Part shown: positions 10,459 through 22,740 of the stretch, in pieces
Layout: each line of letters begins with the position of its first letter
How positions within the stretch are numbered: position 1 is the stretch's first letter
NCBI GenBank assembly: GCA_040285825.1
Contig: JAUPSS010000001.1
Span: 1,736,001-1,800,000, forward strand
DNA length: 64,000 bases
Origin: Eukaryota sp. TZLM1-RC
Lineage: Eukaryota; Protista; Metamonada: BaSk clade
Direction of reading: 5' to 3'
Notes under the pieces: generated by a model
What the model saw: only the letters and a program-made list of their open reading frames with translations
Told to the model about the DNA's origin: nothing
Database searches by the model: none
Translations under genes and position numbers: made by a program

Positions 10459-10790
10459 AGCCGTGCTAAGTCGAACAATAAAATCCTTATTTTCAAAATT
10501 TTTCAAAAGATGTCGTTGGAGCTTTTTCAACGCAAATTTTAATGAATATAAACTTCTGTCTGGAATTTCTTGAATGGAAATGGGGAAACATGATTGCCAT
10601 AAGTCGGGAGATAAACTGGATATTTCTTCTCTTAAGTTATCCAGGAATATGCTATTTGTATTTTCAAGAAGATTTTCGGCAAAGGATATCTTCTAGAGAA
10701 TTCAAATACAAAATTTTTTCCACCACCAACAAATGCAGCTTTGGCCAAATATTTTGATGAATTTTTTTTAATTTAATTTTAATTTATTTT

Positions 10791-12500
10791 AAGAGCTTTA
10801 AGTCCCGGAGTCAAAGCACCGAACAATGAAAATACAGTAGATAAACTGAAAATACTTCATCCTTATGAAGACCCTATTATGGATCAAAATTTTTACGGCA
10901 CATACTGGGAAAATTATCCATTGATGCCATCAGAAGTTTTTTCGGTTATCAAAAAGAGACCTCGTGGTAAGTCTGCCGGACTTTCTGGTATTACTATTGA
11001 TCATGTAAAAGCCGCGATTATTTCTTCAGAAGATTGCCTTGGTTTATTTTTTTTTTTAAAATTAATTTTATTCTAAACCTATAAATCAACATCTAAAAAA
11101 TCCATCTCTCCCAAAACAAAAACACTAGATGCAACTCTCTCATAGTGAGATCCAAGAGAAAGCAAAGCATCAGAAACCATCTTCAACATCCCCTTAAAAA
11201 TAGAAAACACAATTCTATTTTGCCAAAACAATCTGTTGAAATTTCTGCCAGTTCTTCTCTTTACAATCATTTCAAAATCATCCAAAAAACGTAAAGCAGT
11301 TGGTGCAAGTGAACCAAAAAGGGAAAATACAAATGGATACAAATTGTATTTTGCATGCTGTAGACTGGCCAATTTGGACAAAGGTTCATTGTATTTTTTG
11401 AATTTAAAATTTTCAGCATTTGAAAGGGGATTATGAATTTCAGAATTAACAAGCCTTTCATTTGAGGCATTACAAGGATCAACAGACATTACATCCAATA
11501 AAATAAAGCTTCCATCTAATCCAGGTAATATGACATCACCTCTATTATTCTTGTGAAAATCATTTTCAGCATCAAACAGATTTGACAACAGAGGTTCCAA
11601 GAAGGATTCAATTCTATGAGATTTACACATACAAACATACAATATTTCATACCTTGGTTTATTGACCAAATTTTTCAACCAAATATTATCTGGTCAACGC
11701 AAGTACCAGAAGAATTAAGAAGTTCTCGTTTGACTGCACTTGTCAAAAATTCAAAAATGGATGTTCGTCCTATTGCAGTCTCTGAGAGCTTACATAATAT
11801 TTTTTCTGCGTGTTGCTTAAGCAGGTTCAATGAAAAAGCTAAAAAGATTTTATTACCCTTTCAATATGGTATAAATACTACAGATGGAGTCTCTTCAGCG
11901 ATTTTTGCTACTGATGTCTTATTTCGTCAAAATGAATCCAATGTTTGCATGTCATTGGATTTTAGTAATGCTTTCAATTCGCTAAGTCGTCGCAGTATCC
12001 ATGGTGCTCTATTGCAATATATGCCAGAATTAATACCATATTTTCAATCAACATATTGCACATATTCTAATTTACATTTTGGTAACAACATTTTGATTTC
12101 ATCAAGTGGCGTAAAGCAAGGAGATCCGTTAGGACCTCTTTTGTTTTGTTTGGCCATTCATCCTATTCTACTGCAAATTCAAGAGATGTTTCCTTCACTA
12201 AAAATGATTGCATATATGGATGATGTTGTGCTTATTGGTGAATTAAATATTGTGAAAAAAGCAACTGTATGTTTTAAAGAATTATTTACCAAAATTGGTC
12301 TCCGACTTAATTTACTTAAATGTGTTTTGTTATCGAATTCTCCAGTTTCCACAATAATTGATGATATTGAAATTCAAGCCAAATTATATTCAATTGATGC
12401 TATTCGTCATTTGGGTTCGTTTTTAGGAAATAATGATGAAATTACCAAAAATTGTTTGAAAAGTTGAACTCAATTTCTGACAAAATTGACCGAATGATGA
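10791..12500 (+). mobile_element. Family D fragment (RT domain), duplicate of 23993-25704, split by truncated A
   Basis: GKSAGLSG, RPIAVSE, DFSNAF, QGDPLGPLLF, YMDD, HLG; preceded by orphan family B tail 10764-10790. Confidence 0.92.
11049..11651 (-). mobile_element. Family A 5'-truncated copy (~0.59 kb) in D
   Basis: Poly(A), RLE coding, TSD CCTTGGTTTATT 11037-11048 / 11652-11663. Confidence 0.93.
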
Positions 12501-15500
12501 TTTTTTTTTTTTAAAATTTAATTTTATTCTAAACCTATAAATCAACATCTAAAAAATCCATCTCTCCCAAAACAAAAACACTAGATGCAACTCTCTCATA
12601 GTGAGATCCAAGAGAAAGCAAAGCATCAGAAACCATCTTCAACATCCCCTTAAAAATAGAAAACACAATTCTATTTTGCCAAAACAATCTGTTGAAATTT
12701 CTGCCAGTTCTTCTCTTTACAATCATTTCAAAATCATCCAAAAAACGTAAAGCAGTTGGTGCAAGTGAACCAAAAAGGGAAAATACAAATGGATACAAAT
12801 TGTATTTTTGCATGCTGTAGACTGGCCAATTTGGACAAAGGTTCATTGTATTTTTTTGAATTTAAAATTTTCAGCATTTGAAAGGGGATTATGAATTTCA
12901 GAATTAACAAGCCTTTCATTTGAGGCATTACAAGGATCAACAGACATTACATCCAATAAAATGAAGCTTCCATCTAATCCAGGTAATATGACATCACCTC
13001 TATTATTCTTATGAAAATCATTTTCAGCATCAAACAGATTTGACAACAAAGGTTCCAAGAAGGATTCAATTCTATGAGATTTACACATACAATATAACTG
13101 GTCTCTTACAGCATCATGAACCTTGCTTCTAAAAAGTAATAAAATGTTTACAATTTAACAAATGAGTAGTTGTAATTTCTCGAGAACATTTACAAATTAA
13201 ATTATGAGGTAAATTATCAGGCCAGATAAAGGAACGAAATCTCATATTCAGAGTCCAAGCAGAATCGGATAAGAGAGTACCATATACTTGTGGAATTGTT
13301 GTTACTAAGGCAGAAGAAGTACTGTCACACATATCTTGTAAAAGATTTGCAAAAGCGGGATTCTTTTTCTTGGCCAAGCCAAGTCTAACATCAAAATCCA
13401 AGCTTTCAAAAATCTTTGACAATTTTTGTTGAAGCTTTTTACAGCAAAACTGTAAATTAAATAGAGATCGGTTTGGAATTTCTTGAATTGATTGAGGAAA
13501 GCATTTGGTCCAAATTTGTGGCGGTAATTTTTCAAGTTCACAAGATAACTCATACAAATAGGGACTACAATTGGGGACTAACAGATGAGAATCATCAGGA
13601 AATCTACGAGAAAATTCATAAATAAAATTTTGCCACCACCCAAGAATGCTGATTGACACAAAATTGAAGATTTAGTAAATCCAATACCCCCAAATTTGCT
13701 GAAGAAAAATAAATGGCTTTTCAACATTCCTGGTTCTACATCCAATAAATCAGCAAAAAATTCTGTTCTCAATGAATTAAAAGAACGACAAAAATCTAAT
13801 GCTATGGAAGGAGCACAAGATCTCAAAATGTGGGTTATTCTCCCAGTGTAGCAAATTTTAAGCATAAAAAAATTTAATATGCTTTTCTATATCTAAAGAA
13901 GAAATTGAATCAAGTTCAATTTTCATTTTTTCCAAAATAACTTGCAATTCATTCTGAATTTGAGGCACATTTCCTAACCAACAACCAAGGAACTTAAAAG
14001 CATCACTACTATAATTAGTAAAAGGGACAATAGAATCGTTTATCACGAGGTCTTGAGCAGAAGAGCCAATCAGAAGGCATTTGCTGGCATTAAGATGAAG
14101 CCCAATATTTTCATATGAATCGGCAATTTCTTGAGCAACCAATTCTAGTAAATCAAATGAACCAATCAAGGATATATCATCCATATAAGCAACTATTTTT
14201 ATAGAAGGGTATTTTTGCTTAATGATATTTAAAGTTTTGTGAATAGCTAAACAAAACAATAATGGGCCTAAAGGATCTCCCTGCTTCACTCCAGAAGATG
14301 ATTTAAGACCAAATGAATTAAAAATTAAATCTGATTCTTTCCCATAAAAATGGTAGAAAAAACTCGATAGCTCAGGAAAATCAGATTTAATAACTTCAAA
14401 AATTGCTTCTCGCTTTACAGAATTAAAAGCATTTTTAAAGTCGAGATTAAAAATAAAATTATTTTCCTCTGCATTAAAAAAGGTATCAGAAGAAGAAATT
14501 GAATCAAGTTCAATTTTCATTTTTTCCAAAATAACTTGCAATTCATTCTGAATTTGAGGCACATTTCCTAACCAACAACCAAGGAACTTAAAAGCATCAC
14601 TACTATAATTAGTAAAAGGGACAATAGAATCGTTTATCACGAGGTCTTGAGCAGAAGAGCCAATCAGAAGGCATTTGCTGGCATTAAGATGAAGCCCAAT
14701 ATTTTCATATGAATCGGCAATTTCTTGAGCAACCAATTCTAGTAAATCAAATGAACCAATCAAGGATATATCATCCATATAAGCAACTATTTTTATAGAA
14801 GGGTATTTTTGCTTAATGATATTTAAAGTTTTGTGAATAGCTAAACAAAACAATAATGGGCCTAAAGGATCTCCCTGCTTCACTCCAGAAGATGATTTAA
14901 GACCAAATGAATTAAAAATTAAATCTGATTCTTTACCATAAAAATGGTAGAAAAAACTCGATAGATTTTTGGGAGAGATGGATTTTTTTAGATGTTGATT
15001 TATAGGTTTAGAATAAAATTAAATTTTTAAAAAAAAAAAAAAGCCGTGCTAAGTCGAACAATAAAAACTCGATAGCTCAGGAAAATCAGATTTAATAACT
15101 TCAAAAATTGCTTCTCGCTTTACAGAATTAAAAGCATTTTTAAAGTCGAGATTAAAAATAAAATTATTTTCCTCTGCATTAAAAAAGGTATCAGAGGCAA
15201 TAGCAGCAACAGAAGCACCATCAATTGTTTTGATTCCAAATTGATGAGGATTCAAAAATGTAGAAGCTTTGTCTTTGACACGATCGAAGACAATTGATGC
15301 TAGCAAACGAGAAAGAGATTCACCAACAGCAATTGGGCGTATTCCATCAGGTTTGATTCCGTTTCCAGGCTTTACTAAAGCAATCAGACGTGCTGCGAGT
15401 AATTCAAATGGAGGATTAATTTTCAAAACAATCAATTGTTGAAAATAGTGGGCTAGATCATCAGCAATTTCGGGAGCACTGGAACACGCTATTTTTAACA

Positions 15501-16034
15501 GATCAAAAGAAATTCCAGATGGGCCTGCTGCTTTCCCCTTTGGCAATTTTTGAATAGCTTTAAGAACTTCAATTGCAGTAATAGGATTTTCAATCCAAAA
15601 AGGACACACTTCAGGCTTGCTGCACTTGAAATTTTCTTGAGGATGCAACTTTTGAAGTTTTTCAAGGGTATCAGAGTTTGCATCAGCCAAAGAAGAGGAA
15701 AACAAAGACTGCTTTTGCGGCACCATAACGACCACGTAAGCACAATTTACGGCAAATTTTTGATTTTACAATTTTTCTATTTCCAAATTTTTTCTTAAAA
15801 CAATTTTTGTTTTTTCTAGCAAAATATTTCCAGAAGGATGAAATATTCCACTTATTATTTTTCAATTCAGAAGTAAAATTTCTCATTTCCATTGAGAAGG
15901 GGATTGTGCTGGCGGGACTTATTTCTACTGGGATCCGGATCGGGGGTCTTACGGTATCAACGGCTTTACAATTCGTACAAAACAGAAGTTTTCGACCATT
16001 TCGTGAATCTGCAACATCTTTTTTGCAAAATGGA
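12501..16034 (-). mobile_element. Family A rearranged copy with 594 bp internal in-frame duplication and a small insertion
   Basis: Poly(A) at 12501; 13897-14490 repeated from 14491; ends at ..CPFCKK where family C begins; no matching TSD. Confidence 0.9.
14965..15062 (+). mobile_element. Short retroposed copy of the A2 3' end plus its downstream flank (3' transduction)
   Basis: A 3' terminus + poly(A) + GCCGTGCTAAGTCGAACAAT as at 10387-10479; TSD AAAAACTCGATAG 14952-14964 / 15063-15075. Confidence 0.9.
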
Positions 16035-17717
16035 AAATCCAATTGATTCATTGAGAACAATTGCTGAAATTGTTCAACAGCGCTGTTATCAAATTGGTCT
16101 TTCTCTAAATATTTCCAAATGTTTATTGATTGGTAGAGAGCCTGCTGATCTCATTATTGATGATCAAAGTGTTCCTTTTATCAATTATTTTGAATCAGGA
16201 TTTCGTTTTTTAGGTTGTTATTTGGGCAACTTTGATGAAATTCGAAATCAGCTTTCCTCTCTTTTGGATAATTTTGAAGAAGAATTGATGGTTCTTTCAG
16301 ATTTAAATATTGAAAAACATCTTAAATTTTTCTTCCTCAGAATTTGTTATTCAGGGAAATTTACTCATATTTTACGATCAACATCACCATCTATTTCTCT
16401 CGAATTTTGCAGAATTTTTAATGAATTAAGAACAAAATTTTTGGCTAATTTGCTCGATATTGATTCTTCTTTTTTACGTAGTCATATTTTTTGTAGCACA
16501 GAATTGGGAGGCCTGGATTTTCACAAATCAAAATATTTGTGTAAAGCCGCATTCATCGGTGGAGGAAAAAATTTCGTTTTTGAATTTTTGAAACGTTTTC
16601 CTGAAAACCAGCATTTGATAGAATGTTGTGTTAGTGACTATTTAGTGTCCTTGCAGAGTGAAATTGAATGCATCTCTCCTCACATATGGTCCAAATGCTT
16701 TCCTGCTGATATTCAAGAAATTCCACCCAGGAGTTTGATTTCCTTGAAATTTGCATATGCAAAATTGCAGAAAAAGATATTAAAAGTTTTTGAAAACTTG
16801 GATTTCACTGTTCGTCTTAGCTTGGCTTAAGAAAAGAATCCCGTTTTTGCAAACTTTTTAATTGACCTCAAGGATAGTAGCTCAAGTTGTCTTATTTCCC
16901 AGATTCCAAATGTATATGGTCTATTATTAAATGATCATCAATGGACAACTGCCTTCAGGATGAGGTGTTTCCTGTGGCCATGTAGTGTGCCAAATGATTT
17001 GATTTGTCGTTGTGGTCAGCTCATTAATCTGAATCATTTATTTAATTGCAAATTTAATATTACATATCGCTCAGTTGTTCACGATGCTGTTAGAGACCAA
17101 CTATACGCTATGTGCAAAAGCCATCACATTGAAGCTTTTGTTGAACCACTTGTGCGAAGGTTGTCATCTGAAAATGAAAATGAAAATACTTTTGGGAAAC
17201 GCCGTGCTGATTTAATTACCCCTGCGTCTGATGGTGTTATTAAAGTTGTTGATGTTGTCACTGTTGATGTTTGTAAAGACTCAGCAATTGACTTTGCTAA
17301 AAGAGATGAAACTCCACTTCGCTTTGCTGAAAAGAGCAAAATCAAAAAGTACAACGAACCCTTATCTCAGCTAGGACGTGTTGAGCATGTTAAGTATCAG
17401 TTGGTTCCATTTGCTGTTTCTCTTTTTGGTAACATTGGAATATCTGGCATTAAATTTCTTGAAGGTTTCAGAAGTTTAATAAAAGAAAGAGCAGGAAAAG
17501 AATTGAACTTCAATTTCTGGCACAATAGAATTGTTTTCGGTATTCTTAAAGCAATTCCAGAAATGTTGACCAAAGCACTGTTACAATTGGGAATAGAGTA
17601 TGAAAATCGCGCGCTTAAAAGATTTGATGATGTTGATGCGTGTATTGAGGATATTGAGTTCTAGTTGTTTGTTTGATGTTTTGTTAGCGTTGAAAATAAA
17701 TTTATTGGAAAAAAAAA
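16035..17717 (+). mobile_element. Family C 5'-truncated copy (~1.68 kb; RT thumb to RLE)
   Basis: RFLG, LGGL, CRC..HLFNC, RRAD, KIKKY; premature TAA 16828-16830; TAG 17664; poly(A) 17709-17717. Confidence 0.93.
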
Positions 17718-17994
17718 GAAGATTTTCGGCAAAAGGATATCTTCTAGAGAATTCAAATACAAAATTTTTTCCACCACCAACAAATGCAGCTTTGGCCAAA
17801 TATTTTGATGAATTGAATCCAACACCGCCAAGTTGAACATCAGAAAAATGTTTTTTGTAAAATTTTAATTTATTTTCAAAACCACAGTCTAAAAAGTCAA
17901 TTTCTTCAAAACAAGCTTCCACACCATCAAACCTTACAGCAGCAATGTTTTCATAATGTGCACTGACAGACATTAAAGCTTTCGAAATCATTTT

Positions 17995-20900
17995 TTTTTT
18001 TTAAAATTTAATTTTATTCTAAACCTATAAATCAACATCTAAAAAATCCATCTCTCCCAAAACAAAAACACTAGATGCAACTCTCTCATAGTGAGATCCA
18101 AGAGAAAGCAAAGCATCAGAAACCATCTTCAACATCCCCTTAAAAATAGAAAACACAATTCTATTTTGCCAAAACAATCTGTTGAAATTTCTGCCAGTTC
18201 TTCTCTTTACAATCATTTCAAAATCATCCAAAAAACGTAAAGCAGTTGGTGCAAGTGAACCAAAAGGGAAAATACAAATGGATACAAATTGTATTTTTGC
18301 ATGCTGTAGACTGGCCAATTTGGACAAAGGTTCATTGTATTTTTGAATTTAAAATTTTCAGCATTTGAAAGGGGATTATGAATTTCAGAATTAACAAGCC
18401 TTTCATTTGAGGCATTACAAGGATCAACAGACATTACATCCAATAAAATGAAGCTTCCATCTAATCCAGGTAATATGACATCACCTCTATTATTCTTATG
18501 AAAATCATTTTCAGCATCAAACAGATTTGACAACAAAGGTTCCAAGAAGGATTCAATTCTATGAGATTTACACATACAATATAACTGGTCTCTTACAGCA
18601 TCATGAACCTTGCTTCTAAAAGTAATAAAATGTTTACAATTTAACAAATGAGTAGTTGTAATTTCTCGAGAACATTTACAAATTAAATTATGAGGTAAAT
18701 TATCAGGCCAGATAAAGGAACGAAATCTCATATTCAGAGTCCAAGCAGAATCGGATAAGAGAGTACCATATACTTGTGGAATTGTTGTTACTAAGGCAGA
18801 AGAAGTACTGTCACACATATCTTGTAAAAAGATTTGCAAAAGCGGGATTCTTTTTCTTGGCCAAGCCAAGTCTAACATCAAAATCCAAGCTTTCAAAAAT
18901 CTTTGACAATTTTTGTTGAAGCTTTTTACAGCAAAACTGTAAATTAAATAGAGATCGGTTTGGAATTTCTTGAATTGATTGAGGAAAGCATTTGGTCCAA
19001 ATTTGTGGCGGTAATTTTTCAAGTTCACAAGATAACTCATACAAATAGGGACTACAATTGGGGACTAACAGATGAGAATCATCAGGAAATCTACGAGAAA
19101 ATTCATAAATAAAATTTTTGCCACCACCCAAGAATGCTGATTGACACAAAATTGAAGATTTAGTAAATCCAATACCCCCAAATTTGCTGAAGAAAATAAA
19201 TGGCTTTTCAACATTCCTGGTTCTACATCCAATAAATCAGCAAAAAATTCTGTTCTCAATGAATTAAAAGAACGACAAAAATCTAATGCTATGGAAGGAG
19301 CACAAGATCTCAAAATGTGGGTTATTCTCCCAGTGTAGCAAATTTTAAGCATAAAAAATTTAATATGCTTTTCTATATCTAAAGAAGAAATTGAATCAAG
19401 TTCAATTTTCATTTTTTCCAAAATAACTTGCAATTCATTCTGAATTTGAGGCACATTTCCTAACCAACAACCAAGGAACTTAAAAGCATCACTACTATAA
19501 TTAGTAAAAGGGACAATAGAATCGTTTATCACGAGGTCTTGAGCAGAAGGCATTTGCTGGCATTAAGATGAAGCCCAATATTTTCATATGAATCGGCAAT
19601 TTCTTGAGCAACCAATTCTAGTAAATCAAATGAACCAATCAAGGATATATCATCCATATAAGCAACTATTTTTATGGAAGGGTATTTTTGCTTAATGATA
19701 TTTAAAGTTTTGTGAATAGCTAAACAAAACAATAATGGACCTAAAGGATCACCTTGCTTCACACCAGAAGATGATTTAAGACCAAATGAATTAAAAATTA
19801 AATCTGATTCTTTACCATAAAAATGGTAGAAAAAACTCGATAGCTCAGGAAAATCAGATTTAATAACTTCAAAAATTGCTTCTCGCTTTACAGAATTAAA
19901 AGCATTTTTAAAGTCGAGATTAAAAATAAAATTATTTTCCTCTGCATTAAAAAAGGTATCAGAGGCAATAGCAGCAACAGAAGCACCATCAATTGTTTTG
20001 ATTCCAAATTGATGAGGATTTAAAAATGTAGAAGCTTTGTCTTTGACACGATCGAAGACAATTGATGCCAGCAAACGAGAAAGAGATTCACCAACAGCAA
20101 TTGGGCGTATTCCATCAGGTTTGATTCCGTTTCCAGGCTTTACTAAAGCAATCAGACGTGCTGCGAGCAATTCAAAAGGAGGATTTATTTTCAAAACAAT
20201 TAATTGTTGGAAATAGTGGGCTAGATCATCAGCAATTTCGGGAGCACTGGAACACGCTATTTTTAAGAGATCAAAAGAAATTCCAGATGGGCCTGCTGCT
20301 TTCCCCTTAGGTAATTTTTGAATAGCTTTAAGAACCTCAATTGCAGTAATAGGATTTTCAATCCAAAAAGGACACACTTCAGGCTTGCTGCACTTGAAAT
20401 TTTCTTGAGGATGCAACTTTTGGAGTTTTTCAAGGGTATCAGAGTTTACATCAGCCAAAGAAGAGGAAAACAAAGACTGCTTTGCGGCACCATAACGACC
20501 ACGTAAGCACAATTTTCGGCAAATTTTTGATTTTACAATTTTTCTATTTCCAAATTTTTTCTTAAAACAATTTTTGTTTTTTCTAGCAAAATATTTCCAG
20601 AAGGATGAAATATTCCACTTATTATTTTTCAATTCAGAAGTAAAATTTCTCATTTCCATTGAGAAGGGGATTGTGCTGGCGGGACTTATTTCTACTGGGA
20701 TCCGGATCGGGGGTCTTACGGTATCAACGGCTTTACAATTCGTACAAAACAGAAGTTTTCGACCATTTCGTGAATCTGCAACATCTTTTTTGCAAAATGG
20801 ACAACAAAAATTACTGTTTTCAGAAGGGGAAGAAGAGGGAACACTAGAAGCATTTAACTGTTGATCGTCAGAAACATTATTTTCAGCACCATTCACAACG

Positions 20901-21466
20901 GCAACAGCTGGAACAGAACATTTGAGAATTTGTTGAGCAGATTTTAATTCAAATTCTCTTTTTTGTTTCTCAGGGCACGTTCTCGAATTATGACCACTGA
21001 TACCACAAATCGAACATTTTTTAGAACCTTTTAATGGCACTGGTTTCGTTTTTTCAGTTCTTTCAATTTTGTCAATTTTTGAGTTAAAAGTAGAAATAGA
21101 CTTTTGACTTTTTGCAGTTTCAGCTGGAGAAAACAAATTTCGAGAAACGGAGTTGTTAATAGAACGCGCAACAGAACGCAAGGAACGTAATGGTGGTTTT
21201 TCTGTGTTTTTTCTGGTACAATGATCAGTTTTTGAATGAAAATTTTTTTGAGATGAATTTCGAGCATAGCTTGTATTGTGGGGAGAGTGGGGAAGTGGAG
21301 TGGATGAGCTTGATCTGACTGGTAGAATCTTTGCTTGGGCGTTCCAATCAGTATCAGAGTCACTATCAGCCAAAGGCATCGTTTTGACAGAGAAACAGTA
21401 CGACTTTGACGCTTTGACAGAAAGTGAAATATGAAAGGGTTGACTAAGGGAGGGAGAAAAAAAAAA
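17995..21466 (-). mobile_element. Family A full-length copy A3 (segmental duplicate of A1; ORF 21379-18025, 13 bp deletion near 19549)
   Basis: Same TSD TTTCGAAATCATTTT (17980-17994 / 21472-21486) and same filler as A1; 616 aa uninterrupted ORF 19529-21379. Confidence 0.95.
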
Positions 21467-22497
21467 TCATTTTTCGAAATCATTTTAGCAATTGATTTGA
21501 AAATAGTAAAAACAATACGATTTAGCCACAAGCGACGATCAAAACGCTTATTCATTCTTTTTTTCACAAGATTTTCAAAATCATCAATAAAATTCAAAGC
21601 AGTTTTTCCAAGACGACCATACAACGATATAGCAAATGGGCAAATTTGGTAATCTACATGGCGAACATGTTTCAATTCTTTTAAAGGATTTGCATACTTT
21701 TTCCGTTTGTACAATTCGGAGTCATCAAGGGGGGATACTTCGGATTGAGCATTTTTCAAGGCATTTTTCTTGCAAACATCCACTGTTACGACATCAACAA
21801 CATTCATGACATCATCAAACGAGGGCACAACAACATCAGCACGTCGTTTTCCATATTCTGAATCTCTTACGCTTTCATTTATATCAAGAGACCTCAACAA
21901 AGGTTCTACAAAAGATTCAATATGATAGGAATTACACATTGCATGGATTTGATCTCTGACTGCATCATGCAACGTAGAACGATAGGAAATATATCTATTA
22001 CAATTAAATAAATGTGATAATGTCAAACCAGCTCCACATTTACAAAAACAAATCATTGGGCAAATTACAAGGCCATAAATAACAACGCATTCTCATAGCA
22101 GTGGTCCATTGGTCGTCATTCAAAAATAGACCATAAATCTGGGGAATTTGATTTATCAAAACTGCAGATGATCTGTCTTTCAAATCAATCAAAAAATTGG
22201 CAAAAGCAGGATTTTCTTTCATAGCCGTGCTAAGTCGAACAATAAAATCCTTGTTTTCAAAATTTTTCAAAAAGATGTCGTTGGAGCTTTTTCAACGCAA
22301 ATTTTAATGAATATAAACTTCTGTCTGGAATTTCTTGAATGGAAATGGGGAAACATGATTGCCATAAGTCGGGAGATAAACTGGATATTTCTTCTCTTAA
22401 GTTATCCAGGAATATGCTATTTGTATTTTCAAGAAGATTTTCGGCAAAAGGATATCTTCTAGAGAATTCAAATACAAAATTTTTTCCACCACCAACA

Positions 22498-22740
22498 GTT
22501 GTTGCTGGTTCTAACTATCGTATGTGTGATGAAAAGCTTGCTGTCGCCTTTAAAACGCTCTTGGAGAATCTCAGACGGCCGCTTAGTAATGTCAATCATG
22601 TACTTTTTGGTTTTGTGCTGGATGTTCAGTGTCTTTTTGGAGTATTAACTACTAGTAGTGGAGTAGTTGGATGAGGAATTTCTGAATTGTCGTAGTATTT
22701 AGCTCATTTAATAAAAAAAAGCCAATAATTAAAAAAAAAA
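22498..22740 (+). pseudogene. Insert F, duplicate copy
   Basis: Identical to 5785-6025 except A-run lengths; ACCAACA repeats 22491-22497 / 22741-22747. Confidence 0.8.

Larger units (their letters stand above)
6065..10763 (-). mobile_element. Family B 5'-truncated copy split by full-length A2
   Basis: 6065-6954 plus 10459-10763; uninterrupted equivalent at 22779-23965. Confidence 0.93.
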
